This document shows positions 1 to 18,986 of a DNA stretch of 64,000 bases, piece by piece. The position numbers and the translations under genes were made by a program. Positions within the stretch are counted from its first letter, which is position 1. Every line of letters starts with the position of its first letter. Location of the stretch: assembly GCA_037447605.1 (NCBI GenBank), contig CM074823.1, positions 1,426,001 to 1,490,000 on the forward strand, given 5' to 3'. The notes beneath the pieces were generated by a model. That model was not told the origin of the DNA, ran no database searches, and saw nothing but the letters and a program-made list of their open reading frames with translations. This DNA comes from Zygnema circumcarinatum SAG 698-1b. Lineage: Eukaryota > Plantae > Zygnematophyceae.

Positions 1-112
1 CTACTTTTCCAACCCCACCTGGTTCCCTCTTGTCGCCGTTCCTTCTTCTTCTCTTCGTTTCATATGTCCTTGTTCCAAGCCGTGTCTTTGTTTCCCCGCT
101 TTTTGGTTGCAG

Positions 113-5820
<5,708 letters not shown>

Positions 5821-6726
5821 ATGTGTACATATTGCGCATTCAGAGTCTATTGTCTGATGGGGGAAGAGGGGGGACAAGGTAAGGATAGAGAGAGTATCAT
5901 TAGCGATTCCAGGTGCGATTGGAACCTCTTATATCTGTGCCTTTCACTTATTTACACTCTGTTTTAAATTGCACAATCGTCGCTTTTCCACTGACGGATG
6001 TTAATTTGCTGGTCATGATCCGATTTGTTCGGTCTTAGTAGCAGCGAAGCTTATCATTTTCAAAGTGGGAGGTTCCAGAATGTGGAGGAAATTGGACTTC
6101 AGTAGAGTTTTGGACTTCAGAAAATCGATGTGCAATTTATTCTTGTTTTTCTTTTTAGGAAAAAAAAGTAACTTTTTATGTCACTGGTGATAATGCTTAT
6201 TCCACTGGAAAGCGACTACTGGTTACAACTTCCAAAAAAGTGTGAAACTGGGTTTTATTTCTGAACTTCCCAAGTAAAAGTTGGCGTTCATGCTGTGTCG
6301 AAGTGGGCAGGGGAACACCTTACAAAAAAAGTGGAAAAAGTGACGAGTGTATTATTTGTCAGAGCGGCGCTAGCGCCATTGGCGAGGACACCTCACGTCC
6401 CACGGCGACACTCACACTGCTAACGGCCGATCACAGATTGCGCTCACAACCCTCCACAAAAGAAAAGGCGACAACCTGCAGAAAGTTGGCCTCCAAAATT
6501 ACAAAGACGAAAACTTCCTGCGAGCAAATGAGAACAGGAAGCATGTGTTAGCAGTTGCCACACGTGGCACCATTCGGTTGGCGTCCATTGAATTCGTGCA
6601 GCCTCCAGGAACAAAGAGGGTAATTGAGCGGCCACTCACCGCCGTCCTCCGCCCTCCTCTCTAGACTTATTGTTTTGTTTTTCGCAAAACCACTCTCATC
6701 GTCCCAAAATTTGATTCTCATTTTTT

Positions 6727-9535
<2,809 letters not shown>

Positions 9536-10616
9536 GGCTGCTCTTCTCGCCTCGCCTCGCCTCGCCTCGCTTTCAAACTCAATTCTGTGCACGACCACGA
9601 GTGTGCTGCCGGAGGGAGCGAGGGAGGGCAGAGAGAGAGAGGGACGGAGGGACGGAAAGGGGACGGAGGGACGGAAAGGGGACGGCGGGGGGAGACTCTC
9701 CCGAGAGAGGGAGCACGCAGAGCGGAGGGCGGGCGGGCGGGCGGGCGGCTGAGGAAGCTTCTGGGCACGCGCAGGAAGTGTCCCATTTGCACCCGCGGGC
9801 GCAGGAAACCAAGTTTGTTCCGACAAACCCGCTCGGGCGCGAACTCTGGGACGCGCCGTACGAAACGGAACGGTTCTTTGAGTTCGCGGGCACGCAACGC
9901 TGCCGAGGCCTCGCCGTCGACGCACACAGAAGGGCGGCGGCGGCCACAAGGCCCACCGCGCAGTCGTCCTCCGCAAGGAGAGGGAGAGGGAGAGGGGAGA
10001 AGGAGAGGGAGAGGGAGAGGGAGAGGGAGAGGGAGAGGGAGAGGGAGAGGGAGAGGGAGGAGTGGGACACGACTCGAGTCGGCGTCCTTTCAGGCGATGC
10101 AGACAGATAAGCTTGACGCTGCGAGGCTTTCAATCGTCCCCTCGCGCTGTGCCATGTCATTCATCCCACTGTGCCAAAACTCTCTCTCACAACCCAGCCC
10201 GCGGCGAAGCTCCAGTTGGCTTCAAAGGGTCAGGAATTATAAATTCATGATTCATCCGATTCCGGAAAAAAGTACAGAGAAAGTTTTATTCTAATATACA
10301 ACTGTTGGCTTTGGGCCGCTGCTAAAAGCTCCTGGAAAATCCGGCCATGTTCTCCCTTTATTCGATGCCGCAGCGTCCGTATTTTGTCTCCACAACGCTC
10401 AGCCAATTATTCACCTGTGAGGGGATTCTTCCCATACTCGGTGATACCTCTTCTAACATAGAGGAATTCCCGCCGGTGGGAACGGGAACTATTTTATGTT
10501 GAACTACCCAAGCCTCGGGGGAGAGACAGCTTTTGTCAACTTCCCCCATAACAAGACAGGCCTTATTTATATAAACATCAGTGCTGCGTTATCTATGGGG
10601 CTGTGTGAGCATTCTC

Positions 10617-12971
10617 CTACTTTGCCGTTCTGAGATCGAGGGTGTTCAAGATTTTAAACTGCGACATGGAACAGTCGGGCCTGTCGATTGCTGAGGATGT
10701 GAAGGGTGCTGCACTTTTGACCGCCTCCTCCGACATCAGGTTGGACAACGCGGCGTAATTCAGAGCTTGGTCGACTCTGTGATAAGAAACAAAAAAGGAG
10801 GAAGTCAGGAGGGGGATCGTGACCATTCAGAACGTGCAGAACATTCATGTGAAGCACCGCCATACTCAGACTCCCCGCGAGACACGCTCAAACAAGCCCA
10901 AAGCAAAAAGACATACCCCTCTGCTCGATACGTTTGGCCAAGGACTCCGTGCACAGCCGGCGTATACTCAAAGTCCAGAATGTCCAGATTCAGATGAACC
11001 CACGCGTCGTCATTGACCTGGAGAAGGGGGTGTGCTGCCCGGAGACGAATCTCCGCTGCTAAAATTTTCCCCACGCGGACCTTGTACACGTCGACCTCGA
11101 ACGTTCCCGTCCTTTCGACCGCGTCGTATGCGACCTCCGCCTGCCCCTCGAACAGGTCCAGTTCGTCGCCTAGCGCCAGCCGCGGAGTTTCCGTTCCGTC
11201 GACCTTCACGGAACCAATGAACCCGTCCCCGCGCTCCCGTTGCGCGCCACGGCGAACGGAAAAGTGCAGCACATGGGATTGGCCTTTGTTGGTGTTCCAA
11301 AAAATGGCGATTTCTCTGCACACACCATCGCAACATAGCACGAGAAATGGTTTCAGATTTCAGAGACGGATTCACGGAAACCAGGCCGGCTACATTCTGC
11401 AATGCAATTCTGACAGCAGGGGACATGACGATGAAACAAGAGCATGTTGCTGAGCATGCGCCCCTCCTATCTCAATGCGCTATTCACATTCGCAATCACA
11501 CCTGATCCACGAGCGCGAGAGGGGGGTCCCTGTGCGCTTTGCCGCTCTGCTGAGGTCCCGCGAATCCTCATAGCCACCCAGCAGCATGTTCACATGCAGG
11601 TTTTGGTCGGAAATGAGGCAAAAGGCCTTCTCCGATAGCGACTTTGTAGGCGGTGGCAGCTCTGCACGATGCCATTGGATGGATGGGATGTGAGGAGAAT
11701 GAATCTTTCATATGATGGGCATAAAAAATGACTTCCCACGAATAAAAACCAAGGGGAAATCGACCATCAATCAAGACCCTCACCTGCCGAAGCGTTCCTT
11801 ACGTCAGAGGGTTCGCAGAGGGCGCCCACACTGCACCCACCCGTCCCAGCAGAGCGTGTCAGCTGCTGCTTTTCAGGGCAGATTCAACGGATCTCAGTAC
11901 CGAGATCATCGATCCGGAAAGCATTCCAGAGACCTGGTTGATAACATGCAGCGGCATTTTTCATGAACGACTAATGAAGCACAATGAGGTCTTTGATCTT
12001 CGGGTTTCCATGTGGAGAGGGTCATTTGAGAACGATGAATCTGAAATGAGGCGTTGCGGAACCGTGACAAGCACGTAAACACCCTCTTGCCTACGTGAGC
12101 GATGAGGATGCTCTAGAGATAGAGAGAAAGAGACTCCGAACAAGAGGGTCCTCGTCGTCTACCTCTCCTTTCCCACTCCCTTCTTTAACCTCTCCTACCC
12201 CTCCCCCTTTGTCTTTCTTTCTCTCCTACATCCCTTTCTACCTCACATTACCTTATAACCCTACCTCCACTCTCGCTTTCCATCCCCTTCTTACTCGCTC
12301 CTAACCGTTCAGTAACACCTCATTCTTACCTCCACTTATCCCTTGCTCTCATACTCTTTCCTTCCCGAGAGATCGATCCCCGACATTTCCCAGCCTTTGT
12401 CATCCTTCCTTTCCACTCCCCCCACCCCTTCTTCTCCCCCTCACTACTTCCCTCCCTTTCCCCCCTCTCCCTCCCTCCCTTCCACCCTCCCTCTCTCCTT
12501 CTCCCCCCCTCCCCTTCCTTCCCTGCCCCATTCCCTCCCTTCCCTCTCCCTGACTCACTAGTGATCCGCCATTCCAGAGTCGAAAGCGTCTTCCGCGTGC
12601 GAGTCAGCGCAGAGCCCCGCCCCGTACAGGCGGCACTCCCTCCCGCTCGCCGCGAACTCCCAATACGCGCACCCCGCGGCCGCGCGGCAGAGCTTGCAGC
12701 ACATCGCAGGGCTGGCGGCGGCCATGGCTTCCGCCGCCCCCTCCACCGCGTGCTGCGCGCCATGGCCGCGCGCAAACCCGCCGCGGTGCACCAGATCGCC
12801 GCACGTGGCGGCATCGCAGGCCTTCCCGCCGATCGCAAAGGCGGGACAGCGCTCGCCGAGGCCCACCACGTGCGGGAGGAGGGAGAGGGAGAGGGAGAGG
12901 GAGAGGGAGAGGAAGAGGGAGAGGTAGAGGGAGTGGGAGAAGGAGAGGAGGTCGAGGCTTCGCGCGGCCAT
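10617..12971 (-). CDS. Secreted protein: signal peptide, PAN/Apple-like domain, root-cap/LEA-like domain (about 392 aa)
   Basis: Exons 12971-12559, 11830-11784, 11661-11502, 11315-10917, 10776-10617, phase-consistent. CCKLCRAAAGCAYWEF..ECRLY..DSG is PAN-like. FCLISDQNLHVNMLLGGY, SWIREIAIFW and DAWVHLNL..VHGVLGQTYR are root-cap family motifs. The 47-nt linker exon is the least certain. Confidence 0.75.
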
Positions 12972-14226
12972 GGCTGCCTCGCCAGACGGGAGAGGACGGG
13001 ACGCGCGGGCCGTGGTTTGACGGATCGCGCTGCCGGCGCTGGAACTGGACGCCGCGTTCTCTGCTCACTGTAGCATTCTATGCGGCTAATAAGAAATCGT
13101 ACACTTTATAACTACGCGCTCTGAAAAAGCAGTATTGTTTTCGTTTATATGGGTGAATGGCAACAAAACAACCATTTTCTCGCGCGTGCGAGATCCACGT
13201 ACTTAGAAAACGTACTTTATAACCCTTTCAGGTCCAATCACCGCAGTACTTGTTCTCTAATGCGATTGGCTGCCGCCCGGGCCCCGTGGTGCGCGCGTTG
13301 TCATGTAGCGGCCGCATGTCGAACGGCGGATCCGCGGCAGGAGCGGAGCGGCAGATTCGGCCTTATGGCCGTACGGCCCAGCCGGCACGACTTCGACGAT
13401 CGCGATCGGACGGCTCTGGTTGAAGCCCGCCCGCACGCGCAAAGCTGCGCAAAGGCATTCTCGGATCGTCCACGTCGCATTCGTACGGACCGCGGCCAGC
13501 TGGTGCCGTAACTTTTTTGGACAAAAGAGTACGGCACCATGTTGGGCCGGTCACGGAGCGCCACGTGGCCAAGCAGGAAAGGAGACAAGGCGGGCCGCGA
13601 TGGGACTTGGGCCGGCATTTGTCGTTTGACTATGCGCCAAAAAGTTCTTGTGAAGGTACAGCTGGCAAGGGACATGTACGACAGCACATGCCAGCTGGTT
13701 TCGTACAGCACGTCATTCCATGCGTCGATTGCGCGTTGCGTCTCTCTACGGATTTTGTAAGACTCAACACGTGTTCTGGCTGCAGCCGGTCACGGAACAA
13801 CGCTGCCGCTGCACGGAGTTTGGAGTACACCAACCAATTACAAGCGTGTTCCTTGAGAAAAACTGAAACTGTAACCAGGGACAGAGAAGGTACACGGAAC
13901 TCCCCAGTGCGTGGCTTTCTTTTATTTATTAACAACCATTCTCGCGGCGGCCTCCCACAATGCGCGCACCTGAGTGTGCGCCCTCCATGGAACAAACCCA
14001 CAACACGAAAAGGCTAGCGAGCCCTCCGACTACGCGAAGCTGCAACAAGAAGGCAACGAAACAAAACGGGACTTTGTCCTAAGGTCCTTTGTGAGCGGTT
14101 GGCTCCTCGTGGTTTCCCGTGATGTTGTTGTTGTTGTTGTTGGCCGTTGTACATGTGATGGCATCCATGGCGGGCCATGCGTGAGACCCATGCCATGCCA
14201 TGCCATGCCATCCGCCGTCCACGCCC

Positions 14227-17087
14227 TCACCGGAACGCCTCCGCGTGGAGCGGCTCGAGGGTGACACGGCGTGACGGGTGGCGGTCGTACAGGCCGCGAT
14301 ACGCGCGGTGCGCTCTGAGGCCGAGGGCCGCGCTCAGCGCCGCGCTGAGGCCCGCCGCCGCCGCCATGGCCGCGAACGTGCGCTGGAAGCAGGCCGCGCC
14401 CGCGCAGAGGAGCGCGGCCCCGCCCCCGCTCTCCGCCATGGCGGCGCTGTCGTACACGTAGCTCGCGAAGAGGCCCGAGAAGAGGAGCGCGCCGACCGCC
14501 TGCGCGCTGTTCGTGATGTTCGCGGTCACGGCGAAGTGGCGGAGCCCAAACATGTCGGCCGTCGTCGTGACAACAAGCGTGCACGTGGCGCCGTACGCGG
14601 CCCCCACGAGCGCGCACGCGACGTATAGGAACTTGGGGGAGGTGAAGGCGAACAGAAGCTGCCCGAATATGAGAAAAACTTGCGCGACGGCTGTCACGAA
14701 AGGACGAGGCAGTCCCCGCGTTCTGGTGGAATACCCAAAAAAAGGAAAAAAGAAAACGAAACAAAAGCAATGAAAATCTTCTCTGAAGTTCCACAATCGG
14801 CTGACTTTGTGAGCTACCCCGCCTCTCCAGGCTTCAAGCAAAAAGTAAAAAAGTACGATCACTCACCGCACGAGTTCGTCGGAAAGAAAGCTTCCGAGAG
14901 ATATGCCAATGAACGCCCACAAGCTGACGAAAATAACCGCAAGATTGGCACTCCCCCCTCCTTCCGCCTTCACGATCTGCGCGAGGTTGTTCACAACTGT
15001 GAGGGCGGACCCCCCGCCGAAGAGCAGCGACCAAAAGTTGAGCCAAAAGTCGAGCGAGAGCATCGTTTGCGCGAGCGTGGCCTCCCGCCGTCCGTCCATA
15101 CCCTGTTCCATGCTCGCACCCGCCGCCTCTCTCCGTTCAACGGAATCCTTCGGATCTTCCGTAGCGAAGCTCGGAACGGAACGGTCGGACATTTCTTGGA
15201 CAGGGGTCCGTGAAACTGTCCGACACTTCCAAATGGGGACAGCGAGAGGCAGGAGCAGGCTGAGGGCCGTCAGCGCTGCAAAAATCTTGCTGCCCATTTC
15301 GTTGAGTCCGAACCCGAAGAGGAGGTAGAGGAAGGTGAATAGAAGAACGGCGAGGATTGCGTTCGTGAAGTAGAAGGTGTTGATTGCATTGTTGGTCGCA
15401 TCATCGCTTTCATTGGCCCCACTTTCGCCTGCCTCAGAACGACCATACGAGGGCTTCCAAGGTGAGCAACTGCCTACCTCCAACTTCTCTCCCACCCCAT
15501 TTCAAACGTTCAGTTTTCAGTTTTGAGCCTCACCTTGAGGGCTTATGCAGAAAATCGGAGCCACAATAAGAGCAATAATCGGTGGTCCGATCGCCAAAAG
15601 TAAGATGAAGTCTATGGGACTCCTCGGCAAAAAAGCGGCGTAAAAATTAGTATAGAGGGCGGCAGACAAGCCCAAAACTCCGGTCAGAACACCGATCACG
15701 CGGCCCCGCGCCCGCGGAAAATTCCGCGCCGAAGAAACTAAAGCGGGAGTTGTGAAAAAAGTGGATGCGTTGAATCCGGCGAACAAAAGAATGCACACCT
15801 GAATGCATGCAGGAAGCAAGGGAAGCAAGGATAGGGATGAGCTTCTCCCTCTGGCGGCACACAGAACGAATAGACCACGACTGGTCTGCAACGAAGATGA
15901 ATGTACGGAAAGCATGGGGGTCGGAATGAAACAGAAAGAGGTCAAATCTCTCACCAGCCAAAAGGGAGCAGGAGAAATGCGACCGGATGCAATGAACCAA
16001 AGGGCCGTAAAACTGCAAAAACCCTGCGAACCCAAACCCCTTTCATCAGCGAAGACGAAAATAGGGTTTTTAGCCTTTGAACCCTACCTCAGGGTAGGAT
16101 TTGAGGGCTAAGTTCTCAAATTTCAGTTCCAGGAACTTGGAAACTAAAACTAAAAAAAACTGGAAAAACTGGAACTCTAAAATCCATCTCATGCCAAAGA
16201 AAGAGGAAAAAAAAGTGCTTTGGTACTCCCGTGCGCATAACACCTCACGATCCGCCAAAGTAACGACAAGACAGGACAACTCTCAAACTCCTACAAAGTA
16301 GAAAGTCCAGGAGGATCAAGAGAGCCTAAACCTTGAAGAACTAGGAAAGCATGGAAAACTGAAAAGGCTAAAAAGCCCTAAAAAAAGCCCTCAGTCTCCC
16401 AAAAATATCAGGAAACTCTTGTAAAGTAGAAGTCTAGAAAAAGAAGTTGCCAAGGCACCATTGCGGCGCCGATGAGGAGCATCGCGGCGTCCGGGAGAAG
16501 GGCGGAGAGCAGCGCCGCCAGCAGCCCCACGCTGCCCCCACATGTAGCCGCCGTTCCGAGGATGTCCACATGGAACTGGCTGTACTGCTGGCCTTCCTGC
16601 AGCGACCCGCCATCCCCTGTAGACTGTCACGTCACGTGCGGAAAAAGCCTCACAAATAAACAACAAGGCTCCTTCCTTTCCGGCTTCTCTCTGTCTCCTT
16701 CCTAGCCTCGACCCTTTCCCTCCCCCTCCTCCCTCCTTCTTCCCTCTCCCTGACTCCCTCCTCCACTGACACGCCTCACACCTTTGCCCTTCCCTCCTCT
16801 CATCTCTCTCTTGCACCCCTCCCACCTCCTTTCGCCTCACCCCTCATTTCTCTCTTATCATCACATCCTCATTTCCCCCACCCGCACTCACTTCCCTTTC
16901 CCCTCTCTCTTTCTCTCCTCTCGATCTCTCCCTCTCCGCTAAAAAACCGCAGCCCTCAGTGCCCGACCTTCAATGCTTCCGAGAAAACGGAGAAGGTATC
17001 GGCCAATCCCGCACTGGCCATCAGCCACATGGCGGCCACCAGAGTCGTCCAGCTGTTGCATCCGCATTGCCCCCCGCACGGCGCCAT
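14227..17087 (-). CDS. Nodulin-like / NFD4-like major facilitator superfamily transporter (about 549 aa)
   Basis: Exons 17087-16968, 16596-16459, 16023-15955, 15798-15534, 15428-14867 (acceptor uncertain), 14722-14227. Motifs SWTTLVAAMWLMASAG, ALVSSARNFPRARGRVIGVLTG, LDFWLNFWSLLFGGGSALTVVNNLAQI, DMFGLRHF and CAGAACF; many TM segments. Confidence 0.9.
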
Positions 17088-17666
17088 GCCCTTCACCTTG
17101 ACCTCCCCGCTTTCTTCTTGTCAACTGAAGCCTTTTCAAAAAAGAACGAGTGCTTCTTGTCCAGCTTCCATTAGCTGGGACATGTCCTTATTTCAAACTT
17201 TCCAACGCGCTTCTCCGACACATTGTTTCTCACTCGCCGATTCTTTGTTTCTTTCTGCTCCCGCCCTTCCATCGCCCCCCTGCCCCTCCCCCCCCCATCC
17301 CTCAAGTCACTCTCCACCCCCTCTGTTCAATTCCCCTTCCTCCAGACCTAACCCTCCCCTGCACCTCGCACTCGCTCCTCCCTTCCCTTCGTGTCTCGTT
17401 CTCCTCCTTCCCTCACTCTCCCCCTCACCCCTTGCCCTCTCCTTCCCTGCCCTATCCTCTCTCCTCCTTTCTCTCCCTCCCCCCTCCTCCCTCCATCCGT
17501 CCCTCCCTCCGTTCCCCCCTCTCCCTCCCTCCCCCACCCCCCCTCCTTCCCTCCCTCTCCCCTCCCGCCATGGCGGCGGCGGCGGACAAGCGCGCCTCCG
17601 CGCGGCATTATTGCTTTGGGCGCCGCGCGCGCCGGCGTGTCGGTTTGTCGTATTCCCCTGCGTAGT

Positions 17667-18714
17667 GTACGGACAGCCCCGCCTCAGCCCTCCTCGTGAC
17701 AGGACATGTACGGCCACCTTGATGCCATTCGTACGAACGTACGGTTTGACGCAGTGATTGTGGCCCGGTTATCCAGTCACCGCGTCGGCACAAAACGCCA
17801 AAAAAGGCTCCCGGCCGTACCGGAACTGTACGAACGCGACCTCCAAGGCCAACCGCTCCAGCTTCTTCAATTTTTGCTGACGTGGTTCACGCATGATGAC
17901 GTATGATTTTGGCAAAGTGCGGAAACTCGAACTAATTGCGAAATATGTCCGGCAGGCTTACGAAATTGATTTGGCCATGTGTTAAGTCTACCCCCCCCCC
18001 TGTATTATTCGTTGATGCTGGGACGCGCAGCTACAACCTGACCCATGGCTGCGTTGATGTCAAGTTAAAGTGAGGCGCACTAAACTTACTTTCTGCCAGG
18101 CGCGAAGCTTCGAGTGGCAGGCTGACATTCAGCAAAGCCTTTTCTGGTTGGGGCCTAGCTACAAAATTGGTATGTCACGGTTGATAATGAGTCCTCCTGT
18201 TCCGGTACCTTGAATGTAAGCCAGCTCGTAGCCTTTTGCGTGCGCCATTTTAGGGGGGGTTAGACTTAAAACATGGACAAATCAATTTCGTACGCCTGCC
18301 GGCCGTATTTCGCATTGGCTAGGTACGCATTTCGGTACGGATAGGTTCGGCAGAACCGCGGATCCCGAACCGAAATGCGTACACGAAAAAAGTGACTTTC
18401 GTATACTGAATTCGGGAATTTCGTACGCTCCGCGCTGTCTTGAACCTATTCCAATAGGGATTGTCAGACTTCACAAAAAGTTACGAAAGCATTACGGAAA
18501 AGAAAGCTACGAAAATATTCCGCTGCACCCGGATCGCGATTTCACCGGAGTACTCGTTTTTGTCTGAAACGTTCAAACGGACATACTGACGATTTTTCAG
18601 TCTGCTGAGCCGCCCTCTTCGGCACGCGAATGCAGTACAGTAGGAGAGAAACGTACATCCACCGTACATATATGTACGGAGCATGTCGTACGGAATTTGT
18701 CCGAGCTACTGTAC
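17667..18714. promoter_or_regulatory. GTAC/CGTAC-dense divergent promoter between the MFS and PLAC8 genes
   Basis: 19 GTAC counted in about 1050 bp (about 4 expected), 15 of them as CGTAC/GTACG. Includes the perfect palindrome CCGTACATATATGTACGG at 18662-18679. Function is inferred. Confidence 0.55.
17938..18313. mobile_element. MITE-like element with about 65-bp imperfect TIRs and a 3-bp TSD (ATT)
   Basis: Left end GCGAAATATGTCCGGCAGGCTTACGAAATTGATTTGGCCATGTGTTAAGTCTACCCC; reverse complement of the right end GCGAAATACGGCCGGCAGGCGTACGAAATTGATTTGTCCATGTTTTAAGTCTAACCCC. ATT at 17935-17937 and 18314-18316. Confidence 0.75.
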
Positions 18715-18986
18715 CGCATCTCTGCGGCCTCGCCAGTCAACGGCGGTCAATGTGGTCAAGGCGAATCGACGGCTGACATGCGCGGCTGAAACCGTGCGAT
18801 TCGCACGTGTGGCGCCGCGCAGTTCTGCTAAGATGACGTGGGAGGGGGAGAATGGCCAGCTGGCAGCGGCAGGGCGGGTTGGGAGGGGGGCAGAGGGGGA
18901 GGGAGGGGGGCAGAGGGAGAGAGCGAGAGAAAGAGAGCGAGAGAAAGAGAGCGAGAGAGTGAGAGTGAGGAGAGAAAGGGGCAGCC

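Noticed and set aside
9579-10560. Overlapping GC-rich ORFs upstream of ALBA-1
   Set aside because: No family motifs; interrupted by a GAGAGG tract. Consistent with promoter and 3' UTR sequence.
12558-12971. Stand-alone 137-aa PAN protein
   Set aside because: The stop overlaps a consensus donor and a phase-compatible path into the root-cap exons exists. Not fully excluded as an isoform.
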